64,000 nucleotides of DNA from TPA_inf: Saccharomyces (Eukaryota). Each line of letters begins with the position of its first letter. Positions within the stretch are counted from its first letter, which is position 1. The notes below the pieces were generated by a model, which was not told where the DNA came from, searched no databases, and was given only the letters and a program-made list of their open reading frames with translations. A program made the translations under genes and the position numbers. Where the stretch lies: NCBI GenBank assembly GCA_000146045.2, contig BK006937.2:1-64000 (forward strand). The letters are read 5' to 3'. Shown here piece by piece: positions 34,143-44,622 of this stretch.

Positions 34143-35393
34143 TTATTCCCGTTTTACTGATCTTTTCTTCTTGTTGTTACCAAATACCTTGGAGAAAATG
34201 TATATGATGGAGATGAGTAAGCATAGTAACGTACCATTTTTGATCTTGGAATAATCCTTTGTGTCAGGCCTTGGAATTGGTACTAGAAGAGTTGTCGAGT
34301 TCAAATGGCGGAATGTAGTATCGTCTGTAAAGAGAGATTCATATCCTAGACCTTTTTTATAAAATGGATTACGGGAAACTTTATTGTCACCTGTGTCGCA
34401 GGCTAATATAACTTCTGGATCAAATGAAACTTCTAATTTATCCCCTTTATTATTAGAAGGCTCAATATATCTAGTATGCAATGTCACTTCATTCATTGTG
34501 CCGGCTTTCAATTCAAAGATACTTTCAGAACCCCATGCCTTATCTCGAAGAGAGTATTCTGGTAATTCTAAGTCGTCTTCTCCAAAAAGTAGTAAGGGAG
34601 AGGATTGGAATTTATCGATAAATAATTCTAACGGCAATTGCAGGTGCATTAGATACATGCATTTAGGGCGTTCTTCGAAATCTGTGAGATCAATCATGAT
34701 TTTTGGATGCAAACCGATAGGTTCATTCAGATATAGTGATGTCGTAGTCGTCGAGTGATTGTATGCGATATGGCCCTGTTTATACAATAAGGATGTTTTC
34801 TGACATCTTTCCATTTTACCATCGTCCATCCTCCAATTACAACGTATTCCACCAATATCGACATCACTTTCATCACTTGCATCCACAAAGAATACACCTA
34901 CTTCGAGTTTCTCATCTTTCACTCTTGCAATTGTAAATTCTTCACCCTGTTTCAACAGACGATATTCAACAATTTGGATTTGTGTGGGCTCCACTGATAT
35001 ATCATATGTAAAATCTTCTGGATTCCATGACAGATTCAAATCTACTTCGGGAGGCAAGTACTGCTCTATGTCAAACTTCTCACTGTGAAATGAATTGTAG
35101 ACTGGGTTAGTAATAAACCTTTCCGGCACATCCGAAGAATTTGAGTAAACTGAAAAGCCAGCACTCAGTTCATTTTCTATAACGCTTAAACTTCTAGCCA
35201 AGTCCGCTCTGGGCCTCCAAGTGATTCTCGTAAAGGATTTATCCAAGCTTCCAGTCCTCTCTAATAGCCACCTTTGTTGTAAAACCACACCAGAACCTCC
35301 ACGAACAGTCAAATGAGTGTCATTTTGGCGCATATGATTACCGATATCCTCAGGGGCATTGTAGAGTACAGTCACTCTATGTCTTGTCACCAT
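34143..35393 (-). CDS. PBN1: ER membrane protein, GPI mannosyltransferase I subunit (PIG-X-like) / protease B processing
   Basis: 416 aa, MVTRHRVTVLYNAPEDIGN..., with a C-terminal TM segment. Confidence 0.85.
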   Translation of the reverse strand: MVTRHRVTVLYNAPEDIGNHMRQNDTHLTVRGGSGVVLQQRWLLERTGSLDKSFTRITWRPRADLARSLSVIENELSAGFSVYSNSSDVPERFITNPVYNSFHSEKFDIEQYLPPEVDLNLSWNPEDFTYDISVEPTQIQIVEYRLLKQGEEFTIARVKDEKLEVGVFFVDASDESDVDIGGIRCNWRMDDGKMERCQKTSLLYKQGHIAYNHSTTTTSLYLNEPIGLHPKIMIDLTDFEERPKCMYLMHLQLPLELFIDKFQSSPLLLFGEDDLELPEYSLRDKAWGSESIFELKAGTMNEVTLHTRYIEPSNNKGDKLEVSFDPEVILACDTGDNKVSRNPFYKKGLGYESLFTDDTTFRHLNSTTLLVPIPRPDTKDYSKIKNGTLLCLLISIIYIFSKVFGNNKKKRSVKRE

Positions 35394-35864
35394 TACTCAG
35401 CTAGAAACGCACACTTCTTGCGTTTATTCTCCTCCCGATTTGATTATGATTAGCGTTTCCATTATTTGATCTTTTTTATCAGGGGGATCTTCAAAGAAAG
35501 GAACTTTTTTTAGGAAAAAAAAAATAATCATCTTTTATTACATGTGTAATACTTCAAGCAATCATAAACAAGAGTTAAGAAGGCAAAGTTCTGCTGTTAG
35601 TGTGTCCTCCAATACTCTTGCACGACAAAGTTTTAGTTATCCCCTTCTACGTGTATTGTTCCTCCGTGGTCGATTGTGTTCAAAGATTGGGAGCTCTTTT
35701 CGTGTTTTGCACTAAGAGCATACTGTTAATCCGCAAAGGCCACTAAAACTTACCTGCATTTGTCTACTTAAAGATACATTCCAACTATTTACATTCATTT
35801 TTATTTCTAAAAGAGCATTCTGAACCCTCGGCAATTATTTCATACTCCTTCTCAGAATAGGAAA

Positions 35865-37616
35865 ATGCCCAATACGCATACTCAACATGTGCAAATATCA
35901 GAGCCAAATCCTGTAAATACTTTGTCTACACCATCCAAAAGAGGTCACCGCCATCGCAGATCGCTAGCAATATCAGGAGATTTTGATTTTTTGAAACAGC
36001 CTGCAGCAATTGTGAATTTACCACCTCCACAGGCGGCTGAAAATTGTCCTTCAACTGCCCCAACTGCTGTATCAAGTACATTATCGCCAATACGCTACAA
36101 TAGATTTCCTTGCAAAACCAATGAAGACGCTGGAACGTTAGATTTGCCTGAACCAAGATTTTATCCGTTATCACCAAAGAACAATCTGCAAACACCAAGT
36201 CCACGATTTTTCATTAGTGAAGAGCCAAGTTTTTCATCGCCAGTTAAAGGCGTCCCAGATGCCATTATTAACCTTGACGATGCGTTGAAGACAAGGCCTA
36301 GGTCATTTAAATCACATAGAAGATCTGAATCCGCTCCTCCTGATTTGGAGGTTATGGTAGATAAGGGCAATTGTGCAGCCGGTTCTAACTCTATGATTAA
36401 AGAAGAAGAGGACTCCTTAATTGAACCAGAATCGAAAAATGAATATTATGAGCAAAAGCTTCCAACAGCACTATTATCCCCACTGCGGCCTTCCCTTTGT
36501 GTATCTGAACAGGCCATTGATGTAGATGATTCAGCTCTCAATGGGTCACCGACCCATCACAACCATGGGATGCAAAACGCCAATGCACGGAATTCCAACA
36601 CATTCAATTCGTTGAAGATCAAAGGCCAAAAGCAAAGATATTATCATTATACGAAGCAGCTACCTTTGACCGTAGGCTGTGACTCGCAATCTCCAAAAGA
36701 ACAAAGGTCGGCTGCTTCAATGACAATCAATCAGGCAATGACACCTTCTTCCCTGGCCTATACCCCTTCTAAACTAGCATCTACTCCCGCAACACCAGTA
36801 TCCTTTTATGACAGCAATGCGGACATTAACTTAGAAAGTGATAATTTTCCACTAAAAGATAACCCTAGATATGCCAAGGATGGTTATCCTAAAAAGTGCG
36901 GCAATTCACAGCTTAATCGTGTGCTGGATAGCGATAAAAGACAGGATTTTAGTGGAGAATCGAGAAGAAGAAGATCGGGCAGTCCTATCTCCCACATGCA
37001 ACACCGCAACCTGATTGATAATATGAAAGGTAGACGAAACAGTAACACGATAAACTCAATCTTCAACTACAAGAGTCAACATTATGAAATGCCATATGAT
37101 GATATGATGAAAAATGAAAACATTAATGCACAGTCCATGCCCTTTTCAGTCAACGGTGTCAACAATGAAAATAGTATCGGAGGGGTTATTACGAGAGCGG
37201 ACGATGCACCCCTTCAACACTCTGTGGTCAAATCCTGTACGCCTGATGGCAAGGAAGAAATGAATAGGCTTAAAAGTAATGACAGTAATGAATATTCCAA
37301 GTCTGAAGGGCAGATCAGAACCAATTCGCAACTAAGTAAGGACATTCTCATGGGTGAACCAGGTGATATGGTTGATCTGTCCTCTTTTGTCAACGCGCAG
37401 AGAAAAGCCTCAAATGAAACTGGTGACTTAGTCTTTAGTTTATCCCAGGATGATGACGCACTGAAAACGTTCCATGCGAGCAACAGCGCAGCAACAAGCA
37501 ATGAAAGCTGGTGTATTAGCGATGATGCGTTAGGAAAGCAGGCGCAGGACAGTGAAGTTAGGAGGAAAAGAAAATCCAAATTAGGACTCTTTAGACATAT
37601 TTTTTCAAGGAAGTAA
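35865..37616 (+). CDS. LRE1: Ser/Asn-rich regulator of cell wall integrity / laminarinase resistance
   Basis: 583 aa of low-complexity hydrophilic protein, MPNTHTQHVQISEPNP.... Confidence 0.85.
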   Translation: MPNTHTQHVQISEPNPVNTLSTPSKRGHRHRRSLAISGDFDFLKQPAAIVNLPPPQAAENCPSTAPTAVSSTLSPIRYNRFPCKTNEDAGTLDLPEPRFYPLSPKNNLQTPSPRFFISEEPSFSSPVKGVPDAIINLDDALKTRPRSFKSHRRSESAPPDLEVMVDKGNCAAGSNSMIKEEEDSLIEPESKNEYYEQKLPTALLSPLRPSLCVSEQAIDVDDSALNGSPTHHNHGMQNANARNSNTFNSLKIKGQKQRYYHYTKQLPLTVGCDSQSPKEQRSAASMTINQAMTPSSLAYTPSKLASTPATPVSFYDSNADINLESDNFPLKDNPRYAKDGYPKKCGNSQLNRVLDSDKRQDFSGESRRRRSGSPISHMQHRNLIDNMKGRRNSNTINSIFNYKSQHYEMPYDDMMKNENINAQSMPFSVNGVNNENSIGGVITRADDAPLQHSVVKSCTPDGKEEMNRLKSNDSNEYSKSEGQIRTNSQLSKDILMGEPGDMVDLSSFVNAQRKASNETGDLVFSLSQDDDALKTFHASNSAATSNESWCISDDALGKQAQDSEVRRKRKSKLGLFRHIFSRK

Positions 37617-37835
37617 TACAACAATATTAATAATAAGTAATAAAAAGGTGAATCGTAACCTTAACGGCATTGATTGCATGTAGTTTTAATAATAAAGTGT
37701 AGAATAATAAATATAAAATTTCAAAGTCATCAGAAATAAAAATTGAATAGACATATACATATAGAAATTACTTCTATCATTTAAATACATATATATACAT
37801 ACATGTATACGTGTATACTTGTACTTGTGAAGGAC

Positions 37836-38801
37836 TCAATAGTTGTATTCGTTTGGTTTTTGACCAGAAGTGTTTGGGAAACCACATTCCAATAAGATAT
37901 CGTTAATCAATTCAGGTTTTTCAGTAATCTTGGAGAAAACTTCATCATTTTTGGTTAAGATCATACCACAATAACCTGTGGAGTTGAAACCTATCTTCAT
38001 TTCATCAGAAAAGGCCTTCGAGCGTGGAACGACACAGATCCATTCCTTGGTTAACATAAGATTGTAGGATTTCTTTAGTTCTGGATTTTCGTTCAACCAG
38101 TCCTGGAAAAAGGTCAAAGCTCTTTGCAATATGGAGATGTAACACATAGCTAATAGGTCTTCATCAACAGTTTCTTCAGACTCCGGCATTGGCAAGACAA
38201 AATGAGCGAACGAGACTTTAGCATCTTGCAAAGGTTCAGTATTGAAAGTTGGTAGGAAATGTTCTTTACCATTACATAGTCTATCTTGGAAAGTGACGAA
38301 CTTTTCAGGCATTTGCAGAATTTGCAAATGTTTGTGGTCCAATGAAGAACCACTGGCTGGACCAGAATTGTAAAAGACCATGTGTCTCTTGTCGGATTCT
38401 TCATTGTCCAAGGCACACAGCAACTTATAAGCAGTCAATAAATCGGTTGGGGTCAAGGCATCAGTTTGATGTTGGTATTCGTTAGTTACCAATAAAGTGT
38501 GTTCAGGGATTACAGGGAATTTGTTTAATAGCAATTTATACGCTTTGTTATCGGCACCACCAAATTCTGGGATAACCGTTAATTCTTCCTCAGGTTTGCC
38601 TAGTGGATCCTCTCCTTCTGGAGTTTGGCCACGCTCTGGCTTTTCGATCAGACTTGGCATGTGACTAATCAAGTATGGCATGCTGGTTTTTGGGTCCTTT
38701 GTTTTCGTTGTTTCAGTCTGGATAAATTTTAAGTTACCATTATCGAAGGCACTTTTGTACTTGTCACTAATTAAAGATGCAATGTCAGCGGGGATACTCA
38801 T
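37836..38801 (-). CDS. APA1: Diadenosine 5',5'''-P1,P4-tetraphosphate (Ap4A) phosphorylase I
   Basis: 321 aa, MSIPADIASLISDKYKSAFDNGNLKF..., with an HxHxQ-like GAFT/HIT-related motif region. Confidence 0.9.
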   Translation of the reverse strand: MSIPADIASLISDKYKSAFDNGNLKFIQTETTKTKDPKTSMPYLISHMPSLIEKPERGQTPEGEDPLGKPEEELTVIPEFGGADNKAYKLLLNKFPVIPEHTLLVTNEYQHQTDALTPTDLLTAYKLLCALDNEESDKRHMVFYNSGPASGSSLDHKHLQILQMPEKFVTFQDRLCNGKEHFLPTFNTEPLQDAKVSFAHFVLPMPESEETVDEDLLAMCYISILQRALTFFQDWLNENPELKKSYNLMLTKEWICVVPRSKAFSDEMKIGFNSTGYCGMILTKNDEVFSKITEKPELINDILLECGFPNTSGQKPNEYNY

Positions 38802-39149
38802 TTTTATTTTAATTTTTACTTTTCTGTTTGTTCTAAAATCTATCTAAACTGGCTTTCAAGATCAATCTATTGTCTTTTAAGGTAAACTTTAAATTGGAAA
38901 TAATAGTAATGTTAGTTCCTTCATTTTAACCTTGTATTGTATTTCCTTTGCGTGATGAAAAAAAAACTGAAAAAGAGAAAAATAAGAAAATCTTCTAGAA
39001 CGTTCCGAAACAGGACACTTAGCACACAAATACAGAATAGGAAAGTAAAAGGCAATATATGAATGCAGTGCTTGTAACTGGTGCTTGTATCCAAGAATAG
39101 CTTCTTGCTGTAGGTTATGGGAATATCGTGTAAGCTGGGGTGACTTTTG

Positions 39150-39710
39150 AGCTATTCGCGACGCCCGACGCCGTAATAACTACTTTCGACAGACCACTTA
39201 TGACAGTATTTCAGGCCGCTCTTATAAAATGACATGTTAACAAACAGTTCTGATTATTCGCCTTTTGACAGGACGATAATGTAAATAGTTGTGGTAGTAT
39301 CATTCAGGTATGTAACTGTTTACTTTGTATCGCTTGAAAAAAATAAGCATTTCAGAGCCTTCTTTGGAGCTCAAGTGGATTGAGGCCACAGCAAGACCGG
39401 CCAGTTTGAATGCTCAACTCTTCAAAAGAAATTCCTCAAATATGTCCAGTTTCATGTACTGTCCGGTGTGATTTATTATTTTTTATTTACTTTGTAGTTC
39501 TTAAAGCTAAGATTTTTTTCTTTGATAAATTCTTGTTTTCATATCCTAAAATTAAAGGGAAAATAAACAATACATAACAAAACATATAAAAACCAACACA
39601 ATAAAAAAAAGGATCAAATACTCATTAAAGTAACTTACACGGGGGCTAAAAACGGAGTTTGATGAATATTCACAAGATAAAAATCATATGTATGTTTCTG
39701 ATATATCGAT
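39150..39710. promoter_or_regulatory. Candidate replication origin (ARS305 region) in the APA1-YCL049C intergenic space
   Basis: AAAACATATAAAAACC at about 39577-39592 is a 10/11 near-match to the ACS on the minus strand (TTTTATATGTTTT), with GTT just 3' in the extended consensus. Easily unwound AT-rich sequence flanks it. The assignment is from map position and memory. Confidence 0.4.
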
Positions 39711-39785
39711 ATACAATCAAACACTTTCAAGAATTTGTTTGTAGACTTTTTGCTAGAGACCTCATCAAAGTGCTACCAACTAAGA

Positions 39786-40724
39786 TCAACTTATACTTCT
39801 TTTAGAGAAAATTTTTTTCAATGTACTCCAAAGAGATTTAGATCCTGTCTCTTCCTCTTCCTCTTCCTCGAAAGTCAAAGAAAAATCAGAGTCTCCCTGC
39901 TTATTCAGGCGGAGAGGCTCTAGGGTAGTTGCGTTTCTCTCATTGGGACACTGAACCTCATTTTCCAACATTTTGGTCATGTAAGAGGCGACAGGCTCAT
40001 CGCAGGTGGGTGCATCAACATGGTAGTACCTGGACCAAGCGCTACATTGAGTCCCTCCTGGATAAACACCGCTACAATATTGTCTTTGGACGTTTGCCCA
40101 AACCATATCTTTTGAATACCAAAGCTGGACCACATTGTATGGCCTAATCATTGGTGCTACCATAATACTGGATTGGGAAACAGTCTGGTTAATTTTTTTC
40201 AACCAATTTTTCTTATCTAGCAATGATTTAATAAACCTGAAATCTAAATTGTCTTCGTTAGCGTCTGTGTCATAATCTACAATTGAGTACTGTGACGTCC
40301 AATTATATGGCACCGAGATGGGGAATCTGTCCGGTGTTTCGTCGCTGTTATCCTTCTCCTCCCTCCAAATGCAGTCAGAGGCAGGTGCCCATTCGGTTCG
40401 CCAGTCTCCGTTATTTACTACTTGGTACTGTTCCCAATCGTAATACGTTTCCTCTGGGTTGAAGATACTTGCTCTGCTCTTGACATTGCCCATAGCCACA
40501 CCACGAGAAACATCGTGGAAGATTACGGAGCTGTTTACGATAGCAGGAGCAATGGATTTGACGAATGACACTTGATAAAAGTCTTTGGTCGAAAATACAG
40601 TATCAACGCCGTCGTGGGACTCGACCCCTGGTAGAAGAAGCAGAGCATCTAGATCAACGGTAGATGCTGCAGAGGTCAAAGCCACAAAGAGGGAAGATGC
40701 AGTTACGAGGTATTTACTAAACAT
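39786..40724 (-). CDS. Secreted/luminal protein of unknown function with N-terminal signal peptide (YCL049C-type)
   Basis: 312 aa, MFSKYLVTASSLFVALTSAAS..., Trp/Tyr-rich with an acidic C-terminus EEEEEEE. Confidence 0.8.
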   Translation of the reverse strand: MFSKYLVTASSLFVALTSAASTVDLDALLLLPGVESHDGVDTVFSTKDFYQVSFVKSIAPAIVNSSVIFHDVSRGVAMGNVKSRASIFNPEETYYDWEQYQVVNNGDWRTEWAPASDCIWREEKDNSDETPDRFPISVPYNWTSQYSIVDYDTDANEDNLDFRFIKSLLDKKNWLKKINQTVSQSSIMVAPMIRPYNVVQLWYSKDMVWANVQRQYCSGVYPGGTQCSAWSRYYHVDAPTCDEPVASYMTKMLENEVQCPNERNATTLEPLRLNKQGDSDFSLTFEEEEEEETGSKSLWSTLKKIFSKRSIS

Positions 40725-41487
40725 TGGTTCGAAGTGATTACAGATTTTTCTCTCTTGAACCCTGGAATTGCAATAGCTTGGTTCCTATTGGGACCGGACC
40801 CTCTTGCGTAAAGTATATATTTAGAAGCAGCTATTTAAATCTGAATGCAAGACGAAAAAAAGCTCGTTTATAGGAGAAAAATACCAAAAAAAGGAAAACC
40901 ATACACATTCGGGTATCCCAGCTTTGCTTGCAAAATCAATCGATGAGCAAGACAAACAGGGCCAGCTGATGCATATGTTTTGTGTTGCTTTCCTACGATC
41001 AGCTAATGCGAGTGTTATAAATATTCCCCTAGTTTTCTTCTCCTCCTTTATGTAACAATAACTTGTGGACTTCCCCAACATAAGACTAAAAGCAAAGGGA
41101 TAACAAGGGATTTATCTTATTCCATCCCTTTGCCTAGCGCACTGTTACGCAGCTGATCTTATCAACAAGTGTGGTTCTTGCCTCTAAGATTTACATTGCC
41201 TTTTCCCAAAGGGAAGGTGGGACAAAACTCATTTTCCCTAAGGGGAAACGTAAGATACCCTTTAGGGAAGATAAGGGAAGTTAGTAGATTGACGACGTAA
41301 ATCTGTGATGAGATGAAAAAAAAAGATTAGCATCTATATAAGAAAGTACATAACCTCCATTTAAGTTGAAAAAAATTTGTATGTAATGTCTTTTCTTCCT
41401 CTTTTCTTTATTTCATTCTCACCGCTAAATCGATAACGGCTAAAACAATTAAAGCTCCCTTTTCAAACCTTATACTTCCGTTAAATA

Positions 41488-41727
41488 ATGCAAATCAAAA
41501 ACATTGTCGCTGTTCTAGCTACAGTCACTGCTATCAACGCCCAAGTTGGCATTGAACCTAACGCCACTACTCCAAATGCTACGCAGCCAAATGCTACGCA
41601 GCCAAATACTACTCTTCCTACCGCTTCGGTGACTACGACAGTTTCGATTGGCGAAGCCGTAGTTAATACCATGGCGGCGGGTGCCTTTGGAGCAGCAATC
41701 GCTGCCGGTGTTGCCTTCTTATTCTAG
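41488..41727 (+). CDS. Small secreted/GPI-like protein with PNATQ repeats (YCL048W-A-type)
   Basis: 79 aa with a signal peptide. The unit PNAT(Q/T)PNATQPNT comes from a 15-bp repeat CCAAATGCTACGCAG present twice, followed by a 12/15 partial third copy (CCAAATACTACTCTT), at 41572-41612. The tail is hydrophobic and Gly/Ala-rich. Confidence 0.7.
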   Translation: MQIKNIVAVLATVTAINAQVGIEPNATTPNATQPNATQPNTTLPTASVTTTVSIGEAVVNTMAAGAFGAAIAAGVAFLF

Positions 41728-42164
41728 GAACATTTTTATTTCCTTTATTTTTTTCTTTCTTTCTAATTCCATAACCGTTGTTCAAAATTGGGGAGCTTTT
41801 TAACTTTCGTTCCATTAAGCTTTTTCTTTGTTCTTTACGTTTGATTCTATTTCAACCATAATTTATTTTTTCGTTATTTAATAATTACTAATATTTAATA
41901 CTAGATGTATATACGTTGTGTGTATGCGCTACTATAGTATAGCTTAACTGTTTTATTATACCCTTTTTTTCTCTCTTTACTGTACAGAAGATGCGTCACT
42001 AATTCAAAAAAAAAAAAAAAAAAAAAAATATAAAAAAGAAAGATTTTGGAGAAGCTATATCCTTTTGTGACATACAATAGAGAAACTTGTTCTGTTGGTA
42101 AGATATCTCATCTGAAATACAACAAGGAAAACCAAAAGCCATTTTTTCATTACTTGATCGACTT

Positions 42165-43556
42165 ATGAACCGTATTACTAGGAAAAGTTGTTTATTCGCG
42201 ATTATATTTGCATCATTATTTGTGACACATGCATTGGGTGCCGCTATTGATCCGCCAAGGCGACCACATAATGTGAAGCCTTTTCATAACGGTAATCTCG
42301 AACTTCAAAGAAGAGCAAATGAACCGTTTTTTGAAATAGATGTCAAGAGTCTGAACACAAACTCACCGATATCAGAGTTGTGTAAAAAAGATTTGCACGT
42401 CATTGAATCGTCTCATGATCTTTTTCATTTACAAAACCAATGTGAATTCATCTTGGGGTCATTAAAAGTCACAAACTATGATTCTAACATTTTGGATTTG
42501 AACAGCTTGAGGGCCATTGGTGGTGACCTGATTATTCAGGATTCACCTGAACTGATCAGAATCCAAGCCGGGAACTTGAATAAAATCGAAGGGCTCTTCC
42601 AATTACAGGGACTAACCTCTTTGGTTTCTGTTGAAATTCCAACTTTGAAATTTTGTCAGTCACTGGAGTGGAAAGTTGTTCCCATCTTGAACTACGTCTC
42701 CATGGATTCTCAGAATATTGAGATTATAAAGGATATTGTCATATCGGATACTTCATTAGCAAACATCGAGAATTTCAACAAGGTTCAGGAAATTGATACT
42801 TTCAATATCAATAATAACAGATTTTTAGAAACTATTCATTCGAACGTTAAAACCATTAGGGGACAATTCAGTGTACATGCGAACGCTAAGGAGCTAGAAC
42901 TTGAAATGCCACACTTGAGAGAAGTGGAAAACATAACGATTAGGGACACATCATTGGTCTACCTTCCACAATTAACAAAAGTGAAAAGCTCTTTAGAGTT
43001 CATCGAAAATTACTTTTACGAATTGAACCTGAACAATTTGCAGAAGATTGGTGGAACATTAGGAATTATCAACAATGTAAATTTAATAAAAGTTAATTTG
43101 GAGAACTTAACAGACATTCAAGGTGGCTTGATGATCGCCGATAACGAATCCCTCGAGGATATTACTTTCCTGCCAAACTTGAAGCAGATTGGAGGTGCTA
43201 TTTTCTTTGAAGGTTCGTTCAAAGATATCATGTTCGATAGCTTGAAACTGGTGAAAGGTAGCGCTTTTATTAAGAGTTCATCAAACGTGTTGGATTGCAA
43301 TAAATGGACAAACCCATCAAATGGAAGATCAATCATCAGGGGTGGGAAATTCACTTGTATTTCTGGTAAGAAGGAAAATACGCTGAATGTTAAACAGGAT
43401 GGTACAATCATAGAAAAAGGGTACAAAGATTTAACGCAAGAAGGTGAAGACTCCAAGAAAAGAGTGATTTCAAAATACGCGAACTCAGCAAATCCAAGCA
43501 TGCAATTGGACCCCCTTCTTTTTGGTACATGCCTTGTTGCTATGTTATTGTTTTAA
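42165..43556 (+). CDS. SPS22: Sporulation-specific GPI-anchored cell-wall protein (Ecm33 family)
   Basis: 463 aa with a signal peptide. Leucine-rich receptor-L-domain-like repeats are present. The C-terminus is a hydrophobic GPI signal. Confidence 0.85.
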   Translation: MNRITRKSCLFAIIFASLFVTHALGAAIDPPRRPHNVKPFHNGNLELQRRANEPFFEIDVKSLNTNSPISELCKKDLHVIESSHDLFHLQNQCEFILGSLKVTNYDSNILDLNSLRAIGGDLIIQDSPELIRIQAGNLNKIEGLFQLQGLTSLVSVEIPTLKFCQSLEWKVVPILNYVSMDSQNIEIIKDIVISDTSLANIENFNKVQEIDTFNINNNRFLETIHSNVKTIRGQFSVHANAKELELEMPHLREVENITIRDTSLVYLPQLTKVKSSLEFIENYFYELNLNNLQKIGGTLGIINNVNLIKVNLENLTDIQGGLMIADNESLEDITFLPNLKQIGGAIFFEGSFKDIMFDSLKLVKGSAFIKSSSNVLDCNKWTNPSNGRSIIRGGKFTCISGKKENTLNVKQDGTIIEKGYKDLTQEGEDSKKRVISKYANSANPSMQLDPLLFGTCLVAMLLF

Positions 43557-43660
43557 GATTACTAGTCTAGTATAACAGAAAGTTTTTTTTGTTCCTAATA
43601 TTATCTTTATCTATATACATATATCTCCATGAAAGGCATTTGAATTTCTATCTTTCTCTT

Positions 43661-44437
43661 TCAATCAAATATTGTCTTATTATTGATCAAATAATCGTAT
43701 ATGCACAATGGCAACTCGTCTTTCAAACTCTCCACTTGCCCATTCTTCAGTTTGTTCCTAATCTCGGATGATGAAACATTTCTTAATGCTGGATAATCAT
43801 TTTGCATAACATGAATCCTAGCGCCCCATTCTCTTGGTATTACCGGTTCGAATTTTCCCTCAAGGATGTCACTGGCGTATCTTAGTTGCGATTCAGCACT
43901 GAGATGGCAATCGCCTCTCGCCAAGCAATATAATTGAGATCCCGACATGAAGCTCTCCATTACATCACTGATTTTTAAAGGATGATAATATTTTTCATCA
44001 AAGATCCTAGCAATTGTATCAAAACCAACTAAGTAGCCTATATCTGCACTGCATCCTTTAACAAATTGCTCATGTAATATTTTGTCCTTGTCGATGAATT
44101 TCGAGAAAACAGTCAACCCGACAGATACTACAGATTGGGGGAGCTTCTCCTGAAGGTAGTCAGCGAATAAGCACATCATTTCCAGACGAGTTGGAAAAGA
44201 TGCCGGCTTAGGCAACTTATCTGCATTATTCACCGCTAACAGTAATAAAACATGCGAACGGGTGTCCTTCAATTTGAAGTTTTTAATAGTCTGCGATAGT
44301 AGTTGAAAATGGGCCAGATGTGGTGGATTGAATGAAGAATCAAGGACAAATAACTTCTGACATTCTAGATGCTGGGGTCCTTTGAGAACCTGAAATAGTA
44401 AATTGCTTTTTCGAAACTGCTCGAACGTCTTCTTCAT
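43661..44437 (-). CDS. POF1: Nicotinamide mononucleotide adenylyltransferase-like nucleotidyltransferase
   Basis: 258 aa. It has the (H/T)xGH-type motif FNPPHLAHF of the cytidylyltransferase fold. Confidence 0.85.
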
Positions 44438-44622
44438 ATTAGTCTGCTAGTGCACGTACTGCTATCAACCGTCATTGATTAAGTGTCCATTTTCCAAAGA
44501 AGTAGGAGATTATATAACCACGAGTATGACGTCTTCCAGGGAAAAAAAAAAAAAAAAAAAAGAAAGCCAAAATAAGGAGCCTTGAAATGTGTATCTGATA
44601 TATATAATGTGTATGTAAATAT

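Noticed and set aside
37146-37624. Minus-strand ORFs of 61 and 136 codons antisense to the LRE1 3' half
   Set aside because: They are low-complexity Leu/Ser-rich antisense translations of a Ser/Asn-rich gene.
39560-39600. Considered calling a perfect ACS for the ARS305 region
   Set aside because: The best hit is a 10/11 match. I cannot verify the essential ACS from memory, so it is reported only as a candidate.
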